A stretch of DNA of 37,838 bases from IMG/VR virus record IMGVR_UViG_3300045988_155539, positions 1-37,838 of that record. The stretch is one strand, 5' to 3'. Numbering within the stretch: position 1 is the first letter of the stretch; every line of letters begins with the position of its first letter. Positions 15,484 to 23,614 of the stretch are shown here, piece after piece. A program made the translations under genes and the position numbers. Under the pieces are notes generated by a model that worked only from the letters and a program-made list of their open reading frames with translations, searched no databases and had not been told where the DNA came from. The stretch is from a virus.

Positions 15484-16117
15484 CGCCAAGCTCCTTCCGG
15501 ATCCTCTCGATGGTCTTGTCGACGCCGCGCTGACGCGCTACCTTGAATTCCACCTCGAGTGCGAACAGCGTCAGAATCTGCTCAGTGACGTTCGCGACGT
15601 CCGCGAGCTCAGAGGCCAGACGCTCGAGTCGCTCCTCGAGGCCGGACTCCTTGCCGCCGTCCTCGGAAAAGGCGAGCAGCTGTAAAACCTCGCTTGCCGC
15701 GCTCGACGCCTCGCCGAGCTCCTCCATCAGCTTGCAGACCTGCCGCTCCTGGCCGTAATAATTGGCAATCTTCAAAAGTTTTGCCGCACGTTTCGTGTTC
15801 ATATTTTTCGTCTCCTCGTTTTTGTCTGTGAATTTTTCAGTGCCCGGAAATTTCGGATTTCTAAAATCAACATTATCCCAGTCGATGTCAAGCGTAGGCT
15901 TCACGTTCTCCGGCGGATCTAAGAAGCGTGCCGGTGCTCGCCCGTGCCGCATGTCGTCGATCCGGTGCATCAAAGTATTCTCGGCGATCCGGCAGAGGTT
16001 TAAGTAATGTTCGTAAAGCTCAAGGCAGGGAGCTTTTCCGTCCTCCGTGCCCGGCCGAAGTTCAAGACGAGCGCCGGTAGGATTGTCCAGAACAAAATAA
16101 AAAGTTCTAATTGACAA
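15473..16117 (-). CDS. hypothetical protein with MazG-like C-terminal half
   Basis: A TTG start at 16117 lies 7 nt after AGGAGG. The C-terminal KLMEELGEASSAASEVLQ...ELADVANVTEQIL resembles MazG-type NTP pyrophosphohydrolase helices. Confidence 0.45.
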   Translation of the reverse strand: MSIRTFYFVLDNPTGARLELRPGTEDGKAPCLELYEHYLNLCRIAENTLMHRIDDMRHGRAPARFLDPPENVKPTLDIDWDNVDFRNPKFPGTEKFTDKNEETKNMNTKRAAKLLKIANYYGQERQVCKLMEELGEASSAASEVLQLLAFSEDGGKESGLEERLERLASELADVANVTEQILTLFALEVEFKVARQRGVDKTIERIRKELGDEA

Positions 16118-16128
16118 AGCTGAGCCTC

Positions 16129-16479
16129 CTAATCAATTTTGAGTTTCCCGTAATATCGAATGTCCATCCGGCTGACGTCCTCGGCCATACGCCGCAGCTT
16201 TTCAAAGGCGTAATCGTCGTCTACCTCTGCCCGCATTTTCGCAAGCTCGTCCGAGTTCTCCTGAAACGCCTCGAAAAACTTTTGCAGACGCTCCGGCCCG
16301 AAGCCGTAAGCGTCGTGCAGGCTGACCGCCGTAAGCCAGAGATACCGCTGCATGCTCTGCTCGACGTTCAGGAGCGCCGCCTCGTCCATCGCGAGCTGTA
16401 AGCGATCCCGTCGCGACTTGAGCACGTCCGCGTAGTTCATCCCGGCCGGCTTGCCGGGGTGCTTGCGTTTGTGCTTCAT
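16129..16479 (-). CDS. hypothetical protein (116 aa)
   Basis: ATG 16479 overlaps the upstream stop (ATGA). Confidence 0.55.
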   Translation of the reverse strand: MKHKRKHPGKPAGMNYADVLKSRRDRLQLAMDEAALLNVEQSMQRYLWLTAVSLHDAYGFGPERLQKFFEAFQENSDELAKMRAEVDDDYAFEKLRRMAEDVSRMDIRYYGKLKID

Positions 16480-17351
16480 GCAAGCCTGTCCCCTTCCCTG
16501 CGCAGCCAGTCCGCAATCACCTTTGCAAACTTCTCGCAGGCAGCCTCATCAGTCTGCCGAAGCTCCGCGAGTGCCTGCTCGAGCCGCTCCTCCACGCCGC
16601 GCAATTCGCCAAACAAAAAGTTGACCTTGTGCGCAGCCGGATTTTTCGCCTTGTCAAGCCGTTCCTCTGCCGTCAGGGCGCGCGCCTCAGCCGCGCGTAC
16701 CGCCTCGGCATTCTCCGCGCGGATCTTCTCGCGCAGCTCGCCCAGCTCCTCCTCGGTCAGCTCCCGCACCTCGGCCGGCCGTTTTTCGAGCTCGTCGAGA
16801 CGTTCGGCGAGCTCTTTTTCGCGCTGCGTGGCGTCCGAGAGCGAGCTTTGAGCTTTGTCGCGCTCTTCGTTTGCCTCGCGGAGCTTGCTTCTGAGGAGCT
16901 TGTCCTTTTCCTTGAGCTTGTCGGCGTTCGCCTTTGCCTCGTCCCGCTCCTTGACAAGCGCCGCAATCTCGCGGCTCGACATGCTCGGCAGGTCGTGCTC
17001 TTCGGCGAGCTCCTCGCGCTCCTCCTCGGCCATGCCGAGCAGCGGCAGGATCTGCGAATACGAGAGCTCCGCGAAAGCGTCCGCCGCCGTCTTGCCGGAG
17101 AGCGAGACCTGCCCGCCGCCGAACTCGCGTGCAATGCGCATGTAGTTCTGCGCCGTGCTGGGCTTGTATCCGAGCTTGTCCGTCAGATAAGCCGTCCACT
17201 CGCCCTGCGGCACAAGCTGCTTTGCCTCCTCGAGCCGCGTGCCGATCTGTACGACAGCGTCCAGGAACACCTTCCGCGCGTTGTCGCGGATGGTGTTGAT
17301 TTCCGCGGTTACGATCTCGATAGACCGTACCGCGACCACATTTTCACTCAT
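16476..17351 (-). CDS. DUF3102-like protein with long coiled-coil C-half
   Basis: The N-terminal IGTRLEEAKQLVPQGEWTAYLTDKLGYKPSTAQNYMRIAREF matches the DUF3102 pattern from memory. Confidence 0.55.
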   Translation of the reverse strand: MSENVVAVRSIEIVTAEINTIRDNARKVFLDAVVQIGTRLEEAKQLVPQGEWTAYLTDKLGYKPSTAQNYMRIAREFGGGQVSLSGKTAADAFAELSYSQILPLLGMAEEEREELAEEHDLPSMSSREIAALVKERDEAKANADKLKEKDKLLRSKLREANEERDKAQSSLSDATQREKELAERLDELEKRPAEVRELTEEELGELREKIRAENAEAVRAAEARALTAEERLDKAKNPAAHKVNFLFGELRGVEERLEQALAELRQTDEAACEKFAKVIADWLRREGDRLA

Positions 17352-18881
17352 TTACATAACCTTCCTTCCGTTCATTTTCGCGGCCTCGCGCAAATGGTCA
17401 AGATAAGCATTCATGAATGCCGCCGCCTCCGGTGTCCGTCTGCGGTTGCCCTGCGCGTAGCACTGTATGCAGTCGAGTGTTTTCGGGTCGATCTCGACTG
17501 TGTGCCAGCTCCTGCTCGGCGCGCTGCGCAGCCGCAGCACCATGATGATGGTCTTGCCGTCCGCGTGTCGGCCTGCATATGAGGCGACGCAGTTGTTCTG
17601 CCCCTCGCCCTCGCGCACAATTTCCTCTGCACTGTCGACTGGCCGGATGAAGCAGCCGCCGTGCCGCCACTTCATCCACCGCAGCAGATGCCGCCGTGCG
17701 CGGAACTTCGCGTTTTCGGCGTGATGCATCAGCTGTGCTTCTCGCCGCGTCAGCCGCATATGGGCCTCGCGGAGATCTGCCGGCAGCTCACCGCCGGCGA
17801 GGCTCAGGCGCTCGAGCTGTGCACGGTAGTCGCGCAGTTCGGTGAGCGTCGCGCCGGTCGGCTGATTCGCGCGCCGCGCCTGCCGCTCTATGTATCGGCG
17901 TGTCTCCTTCGGCGTCGCGTCAAAGAAGCCGCATAGATCGACAAATTCGACGAAGAAGCGAAACACGGAAAATGAGGACACGGCGAAGTACGCGCTGTCC
18001 TCATCCGCCCGCGCCGCGCCTGCTTTCTTGAGCTCTCGATAAAAGAGTGCCGACCCAAGCGACGCTCCCGCGTCAAGCAGCACGCGCAGATCCGCGCGGT
18101 CAAGTCCTCGAAACAGCTTTTTCGGGCTGTCCGCGCGCAGATTGATGAGGCGATTGAAAATCGCGCCACCGCGGCTCTCGCGCTCCCGCAGCCAGAAAAT
18201 AAAGCCACGCTTCACGAGGTGCTCGACTGCCGCCGGATAGCGGCAGTAAAGCGCGAGATAAGCTGCGAGATCTTCGAGCGCATAGTTCGCGGAGTCGAGG
18301 CAGCTGTATTCAAGACAGGAGCCGCGCAGCTCAGCCGAGTCGATCGCGAGATAGCTCGGATAGTAATTTCCCATGCCATAATGCCATGTCGTCATGCCGA
18401 TCTGCTTCACCGGAAGCGCGCGGTCCACATAATTAAATTTCCACTTTTTCGCGCCGCCGTCGAAAAAGACGATGCGTGCCGCTTCGCAGATGCAGTATTT
18501 GCTCTCGAGAAAATGAGGGTTCATCCTCACCTGCACCGACACAAGCCAGACCTCGCGTCCCTGTCCGCGCAGGAAGAAGGAAAACAGGAACGCCTCAGCA
18601 GCGAGAAACTTCGAGCCGTTCCAGCGCGAAGGATGTATCTCGCCGCGGCAGTGCGGACAGAACTTCCATTTCGACGCTGGGCCGCTCTTCAGTGGCTGTA
18701 CAAAATGCTCCCGGCACCTCGTGCAGAAGCATTCATACCCGTCCTCGTGCCCGAGAAAGGGGTCTAAATCGTCTCCCGGATTGCGCCGGAAGAAAAGATA
18801 TTCCCTGTGCTGTACGTGCTCGTCAATGAGCTGCTCGAGCTCGCCGCCGTCAATCGGCGGCATATCGTCTACGTTATACAT
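17352..18881 (-). CDS. PcfJ-like protein (509 aa)
   Basis: The C-terminal EIVREGEGQNNCVASYAGRHADGKTIIMVLR...WHTVEIDPKTLDCIQCYAQGN resembles the PcfJ-like domain. There is also an N-terminal CxxC...CxxC zinc-ribbon. Confidence 0.55.
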   Translation of the reverse strand: MYNVDDMPPIDGGELEQLIDEHVQHREYLFFRRNPGDDLDPFLGHEDGYECFCTRCREHFVQPLKSGPASKWKFCPHCRGEIHPSRWNGSKFLAAEAFLFSFFLRGQGREVWLVSVQVRMNPHFLESKYCICEAARIVFFDGGAKKWKFNYVDRALPVKQIGMTTWHYGMGNYYPSYLAIDSAELRGSCLEYSCLDSANYALEDLAAYLALYCRYPAAVEHLVKRGFIFWLRERESRGGAIFNRLINLRADSPKKLFRGLDRADLRVLLDAGASLGSALFYRELKKAGAARADEDSAYFAVSSFSVFRFFVEFVDLCGFFDATPKETRRYIERQARRANQPTGATLTELRDYRAQLERLSLAGGELPADLREAHMRLTRREAQLMHHAENAKFRARRHLLRWMKWRHGGCFIRPVDSAEEIVREGEGQNNCVASYAGRHADGKTIIMVLRLRSAPSRSWHTVEIDPKTLDCIQCYAQGNRRRTPEAAAFMNAYLDHLREAAKMNGRKVM

Positions 18882-18899
18882 ATCCCCCTGTGCGCCTCC

Positions 18900-19259
18900 T
18901 CAGAGCAGGCTCATAAGGTCGAGCTCGTCCGCCTGTTTTTCCTGCCCAAGCGTTTGGGCTTCCGTGCCGAATGCCTCGGCAGGAATTTTGTAAAAATCGC
19001 AAATGACCTTGATTATAGGATTGTCGAGATCAATGTCATAGCCGCCACAGCTCCACGAGTTATTCTTCTGGTGCTTTTTTGCGTACTCATAAAGCGCGCC
19101 GAAGCACTTGTCAAAGCTCATCTCCGGATTGTCGAGGTCTGCAGCGATCACCTCGGCGGCGTGTGCGTCGTGCTCTGCGATCATCAGTACGATCCCGCCC
19201 ATCTGGCGGGCGTTGTCCCTGGCGGCCTTGACCGCCTCACGGATTTTTTGCAGGCTCAT
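18900..19259 (-). CDS. PcfK-like protein (119 aa)
   Basis: ATG 19259 overlaps the upstream stop (ATGA). MSFDKCFGALYEYAKKHQKNNS...IIKVICDFY resembles the PcfK-like pattern. It is paired with the PcfJ-like gene as on conjugative plasmids. Confidence 0.4.
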   Translation of the reverse strand: MSLQKIREAVKAARDNARQMGGIVLMIAEHDAHAAEVIAADLDNPEMSFDKCFGALYEYAKKHQKNNSWSCGGYDIDLDNPIIKVICDFYKIPAEAFGTEAQTLGQEKQADELDLMSLL

Positions 19260-19756
19260 CGTGCTCCAACCTCTCTCCACTTTTTCGAGTTCATGCAACT
19301 CTGTACCGAGCTTTCCGTGCGCCCGAGCTGACGCGCGATCTCGGAACGCGAGTAGCCGCTGTTGATCATATCTTGCGCTTCTCTGATCTCTGTGACCTTC
19401 CAGAAGCCTGTCTTGCGCGTCTTGATCACGCCGAGCCGGCGCAGATGGCTGCGCACGGTCTCCTGTGTGCGGTGAAAGCGGTGCGCGATCTCTTCGATCG
19501 TGACGCCCGCGCGGTACAGCTCCGCGAACCCCTCCGCCTCGCAGTCCGAAACCGCGACAAAGTGGATTTGGGGCTTGTCCTCTGTCTCCGCGCTCTGCCG
19601 GATGCGCATCGCCTCCGGCAGTCTCCGCCGGTCCTCGTCCGGCGTGAGAAACGCCTCGCGGACAGTGTATGTATTTCCGAAAGCATGGTGCGTGGTCTCC
19701 CGGACCTCAAACCGCCCCTTCGGATGGCGGTAAACTGTTTTTACGCCGATTACCAT
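19256..19756 (-). CDS. DNA-binding protein with two sigma-r4/LuxR-type HTH motifs
   Basis: GVTIEEIAHRFHRTQETVRSHLRRLG and GYSRSEIARQLGRTESSVQSCMNS. Confidence 0.6.
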   Translation of the reverse strand: MVIGVKTVYRHPKGRFEVRETTHHAFGNTYTVREAFLTPDEDRRRLPEAMRIRQSAETEDKPQIHFVAVSDCEAEGFAELYRAGVTIEEIAHRFHRTQETVRSHLRRLGVIKTRKTGFWKVTEIREAQDMINSGYSRSEIARQLGRTESSVQSCMNSKKWREVGAR

Positions 19757-20015
19757 GGTTGTACATCTCCTCCGTGCGCGCCCTGTAAATGCGCGCCTCT
19801 ATTTCCTTTTTCGCCTCCCAGACGTCCGGAAGGTCTTTCATCGGCGCGCAGACCGGATACGCGCGCCCCTCGTCGCCCATCGTCCCGACCAGGTGATACT
19901 CCACCTCGCCGAACAGCGTCCGCTGCACCTCGACGCGCACGCGGTCGATCTTGACGCGCGGCAGGTCGGTGAGCTGGCTGTAGGGCTTGATCTCGAGCCC
20001 CGAAAAGCTAATCAT
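19707..20015 (-). CDS. hypothetical protein (102 aa)
   Basis: ATG 20015 (MISFSGLEIKPY...) overlaps the end of the upstream gene. Its 3' end overlaps the next gene by 50 nt, so the exact extent is uncertain. Confidence 0.4.
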   Translation of the reverse strand: MISFSGLEIKPYSQLTDLPRVKIDRVRVEVQRTLFGEVEYHLVGTMGDEGRAYPVCAPMKDLPDVWEAKKEIEARIYRARTEEMYNHGNRRKNSLPPSEGAV

Positions 20016-20193
20016 CCGTCTTTTCCGCCCTTCTCGCCGCGAGCCGTTCGTGCAGCAGGCGGAGCGTGCGCTCATACCGCGCCTTCTCTTCGCGTTTTTT
20101 CTGCCGGCCGTAGAAGTCCGCCCACTGACAGGCGGACTCCATCGCGCGTTTTCTCTGCCAGTACCGCTCGCGACTTGAGAGCTTGCGGCTCAT
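20008..20193 (-). CDS. hypothetical basic protein (61 aa)
   Basis: ATGA start/stop overlap with the upstream gene. Confidence 0.45.
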   Translation of the reverse strand: MSRKLSSRERYWQRKRAMESACQWADFYGRQKKREEKARYERTLRLLHERLAARRAEKTDD

Positions 20194-20435
20194 CGGCTGA
20201 TCTGGCGGAAGAAGTCGCGCTTCCAGGCGCGGCGCTTTTCCGCCTTTGCGGCCGTGCGGTAATCGCGGTAGAGTGACAGCAGCGCATACATCGCGGTGCA
20301 GTAGGCAGCGCAGCCGAGCAGCACGCAGCTGACAGCGACCGAAGCCGGCACCACGCCGGTAATGCCGAACACCGCCGCCAGCGCGACCGATACCGCGCCC
20401 ATCGACGCCGCGATCTTATACGTTTTCTTTTCCAT
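20190..20435 (-). CDS. small membrane protein (81 aa, two hydrophobic helices)
   Basis: ATG 20435 has a GAGGGAGG SD. Confidence 0.55.
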   Translation of the reverse strand: MEKKTYKIAASMGAVSVALAAVFGITGVVPASVAVSCVLLGCAAYCTAMYALLSLYRDYRTAAKAEKRRAWKRDFFRQISR

Positions 20436-20589
20436 TTCTGTTTACCTCCCTCTTCGCGCGGAGCTCCCACGCGAGCTCTTGCAGGCGCCGAATGCGTTCC
20501 TGCATTTCTTCCTCCGAGACGCCGCGATAGCAGTCGTCGTCGATCCGCACGACGCCGTGCGGATATTTGTACTCAGCAACGATAGCCAT
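20416..20589 (-). CDS. hypothetical protein (57 aa)
   Basis: ATG 20589 (MAIVAEYKYPHGV...) has a GGGAGG SD. The longer ORF-track start lacks one. Confidence 0.5.
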   Translation of the reverse strand: MAIVAEYKYPHGVVRIDDDCYRGVSEEEMQERIRRLQELAWELRAKREVNRNGKENV

Positions 20590-20617
20590 TGCATTCGCCT
20601 CCCTCATAGATATTATG

Positions 20618-20761
20618 TCATTCCTGCTCGTCCGTTGCCTGTCCGAGCATTTTTGCCTTCTCGAGCTCGATGCGCGCGGCAATGACCAGACTCTCCGGCG
20701 CTTCCGGGTCTGCGAGCAGCGCCTCCGCGCTCATCGCGAGATATTCGTTATATGGTTTCAT
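20618..20761 (-). CDS. hypothetical protein (47 aa, below the ORF-track cutoff)
   Basis: ATG 20761 has a GAGGTGA SD and an ATGA overlap with the upstream gene. It reads MKPYNEYLAMSAEALLADPEAPESLVIAARIELEKAKMLGQATDEQE. Confidence 0.45.
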   Translation of the reverse strand: MKPYNEYLAMSAEALLADPEAPESLVIAARIELEKAKMLGQATDEQE

Positions 20762-20916
20762 ACAGGTATCACCTCAATCTTAACCGCCTTGTCCATCCAC
20801 TCCGTAACTTTCGCGATGGTTTCATTCTTGTCCTTGCAGAAAAACTGGCGCATCACCCGGCCGCCCCGCGGCCGCTCAAGCATCACCCAGACCTCATACT
20901 TCACGGTGTTCTCCAT
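20758..20916 (-). CDS. hypothetical protein (52 aa, below the ORF-track cutoff)
   Basis: ATG 20916 follows directly on the lipoprotein stop. It reads MENTVKYEVWVMLERPRGGRVMRQFFCKDKNETIAKVTEWMDKAVKIEVIPV. Confidence 0.45.
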   Translation of the reverse strand: MENTVKYEVWVMLERPRGGRVMRQFFCKDKNETIAKVTEWMDKAVKIEVIPV

Positions 20917-20917
20917 T

Positions 20918-21187
20918 TCAATCTTCCTCATCGATTACAATGCCGCCATGAATGATGACGCGCTTATTGTTCAAATCGAAAAATACCTCGTTATCGTTCT
21001 CGGAAACATCAAACTTGCCGTTCCATTCTTTGATCTTCTCGCCGGTGTTGCTGTACACCGTTACCGTGCGGTGCAGGCCGCCGCCAAAGTCACTTCCGAT
21101 GCTCTTACCCACTCGGTCGCATCCGGCACAGCCGGAAAACATAGCCGCCATCGCGCCTACCAGCGCGACCAGTATTGTTTTCTTCAT
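20918..21187 (-). CDS. small lipoprotein (89 aa)
   Basis: ATG 21187 reads MKKTILVALVGAMAAMFSGCAGC, a signal peptide plus lipobox FSGC. It lies in the lower-GC island. Confidence 0.6.
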   Translation of the reverse strand: MKKTILVALVGAMAAMFSGCAGCDRVGKSIGSDFGGGLHRTVTVYSNTGEKIKEWNGKFDVSENDNEVFFDLNNKRVIIHGGIVIDEED

Positions 21188-21247
21188 TTTCGTATTCCTT
21201 TCGTTTTCCTTCTCTGCTATACTGAAAAGCAGAAAGGACTGATTTTT

Positions 21248-21709
21248 ATGCCTAAAAATGTGTCTATTGCAGCTGAAACGCTCCTCTTCAATCTTTACCA
21301 TACTTTCCGTCAACGCATAAAAAATGGTAAAAACCGGATGGAAGCAGTAAGATTCAGCAAACCGCTGGATGAATCCCTTTTTCCCGACCTGCTGTTACTT
21401 GGGCTTGAGGACGGTATTGAAATTGCACGCTCGCAAGGTTGGATTGAAGAACTTACAATGGACTATGAACTCACTGTCGCCGGCATTGAATATGCTCAAA
21501 GATACGAACAGAAAGAACATCTGATCGATGCAGCTGAAGCTGCAATCCGTCAGGCAAATGCAGCCGAAAAAAACGCAGCGCTCGCCCAGCAAGAAGCGGA
21601 TCAGGCGAAAAAGAATGCATTTAGATCAAATCTTTTCGCCATTGCATCTCTTGTCATTTCAGTGATTTCCCTTATTCTCCAATATCATCAATATCATTTT
21701 CTTCGATAA
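21248..21709 (+). CDS. hypothetical protein with coiled coil and C-terminal TM anchor (153 aa)
   Basis: ATG 21248 has an AAAGGA SD. The C-terminal NLFAIASLVISVISLILQY is a TM helix. Only the 3' part of ORF-track frame 20567..21709 is credible. Confidence 0.55.
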   Translation: MPKNVSIAAETLLFNLYHTFRQRIKNGKNRMEAVRFSKPLDESLFPDLLLLGLEDGIEIARSQGWIEELTMDYELTVAGIEYAQRYEQKEHLIDAAEAAIRQANAAEKNAALAQQEADQAKKNAFRSNLFAIASLVISVISLILQYHQYHFLR

Positions 21710-21792
21710 ATCATGCCTGCAATTTGAAAACCAATGGCAATACCCAACGTCAGTGCCTGGATCAGCATAAGCAAAGCCTCTGTTTTATCCAT
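21694..21792 (-). CDS. 32-aa hydrophobic peptide directly downstream of the Cro-like gene
   Basis: ATG 21792 lies 5 nt after the cro stop and has an AAGGGG SD. It reads MDKTEALLMLIQALTLGIAIGFQIAGMIYRRK, one TM helix with a basic tail. Confidence 0.35.
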   Translation of the reverse strand: MDKTEALLMLIQALTLGIAIGFQIAGMIYRRK

Positions 21793-21796
21793 GGTG

Positions 21797-22012
21797 TCAC
21801 CCCTTCCCTTCCGCCTGCTCGGCGTCCAGCGCGAAAAGATATTCAAAATCAGCGTGAAACAGACCCATAACCTGTTTCGCTTCGCTCATTTTGAAATCTT
21901 TTCTACCCTTGAGTTTATTTCGCATTGCGCTTTCGCTGATGTCACAGACGTCTGCAAGCTGCTTTGTGTTAATCTTCTGCTTGAACATCTCAAGTTCCAA
22001 GTTTGGATACAT
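21797..22012 (-). CDS. Cro-like XRE-family HTH regulator (71 aa)
   Basis: ATG 22012 lies 8 nt after AAAGGAG. The HTH is INTKQLADVCDISESAMRNKLKG. It is divergent from the repressor gene. Confidence 0.65.
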   Translation of the reverse strand: MYPNLELEMFKQKINTKQLADVCDISESAMRNKLKGRKDFKMSEAKQVMGLFHADFEYLFALDAEQAEGKG

Positions 22013-22051
22013 CAACAACGCTCCTTTCTTATTGAAAACAATAAAATCTTG

Positions 22052-22086
22052 TTGACGTAAACCGCCCCAAACCTTATACTTATAAT
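22052..22086 (+). promoter_or_regulatory. sigma-70-type promoter (TTGACG-17-TATACT, followed by TATAAT)
   Basis: TTGACG at 22052..22057, a 17-nt spacer, TATACT at 22075..22080, and TATAAT at 22081..22086. Confidence 0.55.
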
Positions 22087-22114
22087 CATCCCATTAAAAG
22101 AGGAGGTGGTGTTC

Positions 22115-22168
22115 ATGGAGAAACTTACTAAGTTTCTTATGACGCCCCCCTGTTCTGTCCGCGTGTAA
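22115..22168 (+). CDS. 17-codon ORF with very strong SD (leader peptide or micro-protein candidate)
   Basis: AAGAGGAGGTGG lies 6 nt before the ATG. The ORF reads MEKLTKFLMTPPCSVRV. Confidence 0.3.
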   Translation: MEKLTKFLMTPPCSVRV

Positions 22169-22309
22169 ACCAGACGCTAAGTTAGTCAGGCAAGTGTGCA
22201 TGACACAAAACTACTTTCATCCTCACAAAGAATGGTCGTTTCGGGACCTCAGCAGTCGGAAAACCAGCGACAATGCTTGTGCAGGGGTTGGGGCGGGATT
22301 CATGCCAAG

Positions 22310-22345
22310 CCGTACATCTGCCGAAACCAGATGTACGGTTTGTTT
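22310..22345 (+). terminator. Rho-independent terminator
   Basis: ccgtacatctg-ccgaaac-cagatgtacgg, an 11-bp perfect stem, followed by TTTGTTT. Confidence 0.7.
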
Positions 22346-22387
22346 ACGCCTCGAAATACCCTTACTCGTATTTCTTGAATATAGAAT

Positions 22388-22443
22388 ATACCCTTTCTGA
22401 TAATCTGTCAATAGCATTTTATCAGAAAGGGTATATTTTTATT
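22388..22443. terminator. 16-bp perfect inverted repeat (bidirectional terminator or operator)
   Basis: ataccctttctgataa (22388..22403) pairs with ttatcagaaagggtat (22419..22434) across a 15-nt loop. T-rich tracts lie on both sides. Confidence 0.5.
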
Positions 22444-22470
22444 GTAACCGTTTATATTTTGTGGTATAGT
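22442..22470 (+). promoter_or_regulatory. repressor-gene promoter (TTGTAA-17-TATAGT with TG extension)
   Basis: TTGTAA at 22442..22447 and TATAGT at 22465..22470, about 20 nt upstream of ATG 22491. Confidence 0.5.
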
Positions 22471-22490
22471 AAGGCAAAGGAGATGAACGC

Positions 22491-22883
22491 ATGAATATAC
22501 TTGACAAGCTCGACTTGTTAATGCACGAACGAGGACTGAATAAGCGAACACTTTCCCAGTCCTGTGGCATACCCTATACAACAATTATCGGGCTGTACAG
22601 CAAAGGCTATGAAGGTGCACGAATGAGCACCGTCCGAGGACTTGCACACTTTTTCGGTGTATCAACGGACTATCTAATTACAGACGAAATCACCGACCCG
22701 CATTACGGTCTGTCGTCACCTGCCGCACCGGTCCCCGCCCTTTCCGCCGACGAGCAGCAGCTCATTACCGACTACCGTTCCCTGAACGAGCAGGGACAGG
22801 AATATATCCGTCAGACCATGTATATGGCAAAGCAAACGCATAAAAAAATGCCTGACCTTTCCGATCTGGAAAAGCAGGCATGA
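22491..22883 (+). CDS. XRE-family (CI-like) repressor
   Basis: The N-terminal HTH is LNKRTLSQSCGIPYTTIIGLYSKG..STVRGLAHFFGVSTDYLI. There is a C-terminal oligomerisation-type tail. The SD is AAAGGAG. Confidence 0.75.
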   Translation: MNILDKLDLLMHERGLNKRTLSQSCGIPYTTIIGLYSKGYEGARMSTVRGLAHFFGVSTDYLITDEITDPHYGLSSPAAPVPALSADEQQLITDYRSLNEQGQEYIRQTMYMAKQTHKKMPDLSDLEKQA

Positions 22884-22913
22884 ATAAAATAAGAAACTCA
22901 GGAAGTAAATATA

Positions 22914-23600
22914 ATGAAACCATCTGTAGAAAGAGCTGTAACAGCCGTCTGTTGTGCTTTGCTGCTGACTTCGTTCGCATCTGCGCACTCCGGCAAAACC
23001 GATGCCAACGGCGGCCACTGGGACAACAGCACCGGTGAATACCATTACCACCACGGCTACCCGGCCCATCAGCACGAAAACGGCGTCTGCCCCTACGAAC
23101 AGCCGGAAGCACAGGAGTTAGAAACCGATGACGAATACGAATATGACTACGGCCCGGAAGCCGAAACCGATTTTGACTCAAAGCGTGAAGCCTGGGCAAA
23201 CGGCTATGCATCCGCGATCGAATATTCAAGCGACTCTACCTATAGCAGCAGTGCTTACAGCGAAGGCTACGACGAGGGCTACGATGAGGGCTACGAGCAA
23301 GGCCTCGCCGAAGGCAGGGAAAGCGGATCGGACGAAGGCCGCCAGGATGGTTATGAAGAGGGATACCGCGACGGCTACGCCGCGAGTGATTCCGCACCTG
23401 ATAACGACATCATCGACCGCAGCGAGATCCACACGTCTGGCGAATCGCAGCCGATCAACGGAAAAATCGAAACAAAGAAGAAATTTACCCTGCCGGAATG
23501 GAAAATAGGTGAAACGGATGCAGTCGTATTTCCATTAGTCTGCGTTATCGCCGGCATTTCCATTATTGCACTTATCATTGCCATCATAAAAGGAAAATAA
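22914..23600 (+). CDS. YHYH-domain membrane protein (signal peptide, acidic Y/E/G-rich linker, C-terminal TM anchor)
   Basis: AHSGKTDANGGHWDNSTGEYHYHHG matches the YHYH motif. The C-terminal VFPLVCVIAGISIIALIIAII is a TM helix. Confidence 0.65.
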   Translation: MKPSVERAVTAVCCALLLTSFASAHSGKTDANGGHWDNSTGEYHYHHGYPAHQHENGVCPYEQPEAQELETDDEYEYDYGPEAETDFDSKREAWANGYASAIEYSSDSTYSSSAYSEGYDEGYDEGYEQGLAEGRESGSDEGRQDGYEEGYRDGYAASDSAPDNDIIDRSEIHTSGESQPINGKIETKKKFTLPEWKIGETDAVVFPLVCVIAGISIIALIIAIIKGK

Positions 23601-23614
23601 AAGGAGGAAACTCC

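Noticed and set aside
20567-21247. 5' two-thirds of plus-strand ORF 20567..21709.
   Set aside because: It is antisense to four tightly coupled minus-strand genes. Only the part from ATG 21248 has an SD and protein-like sequence.
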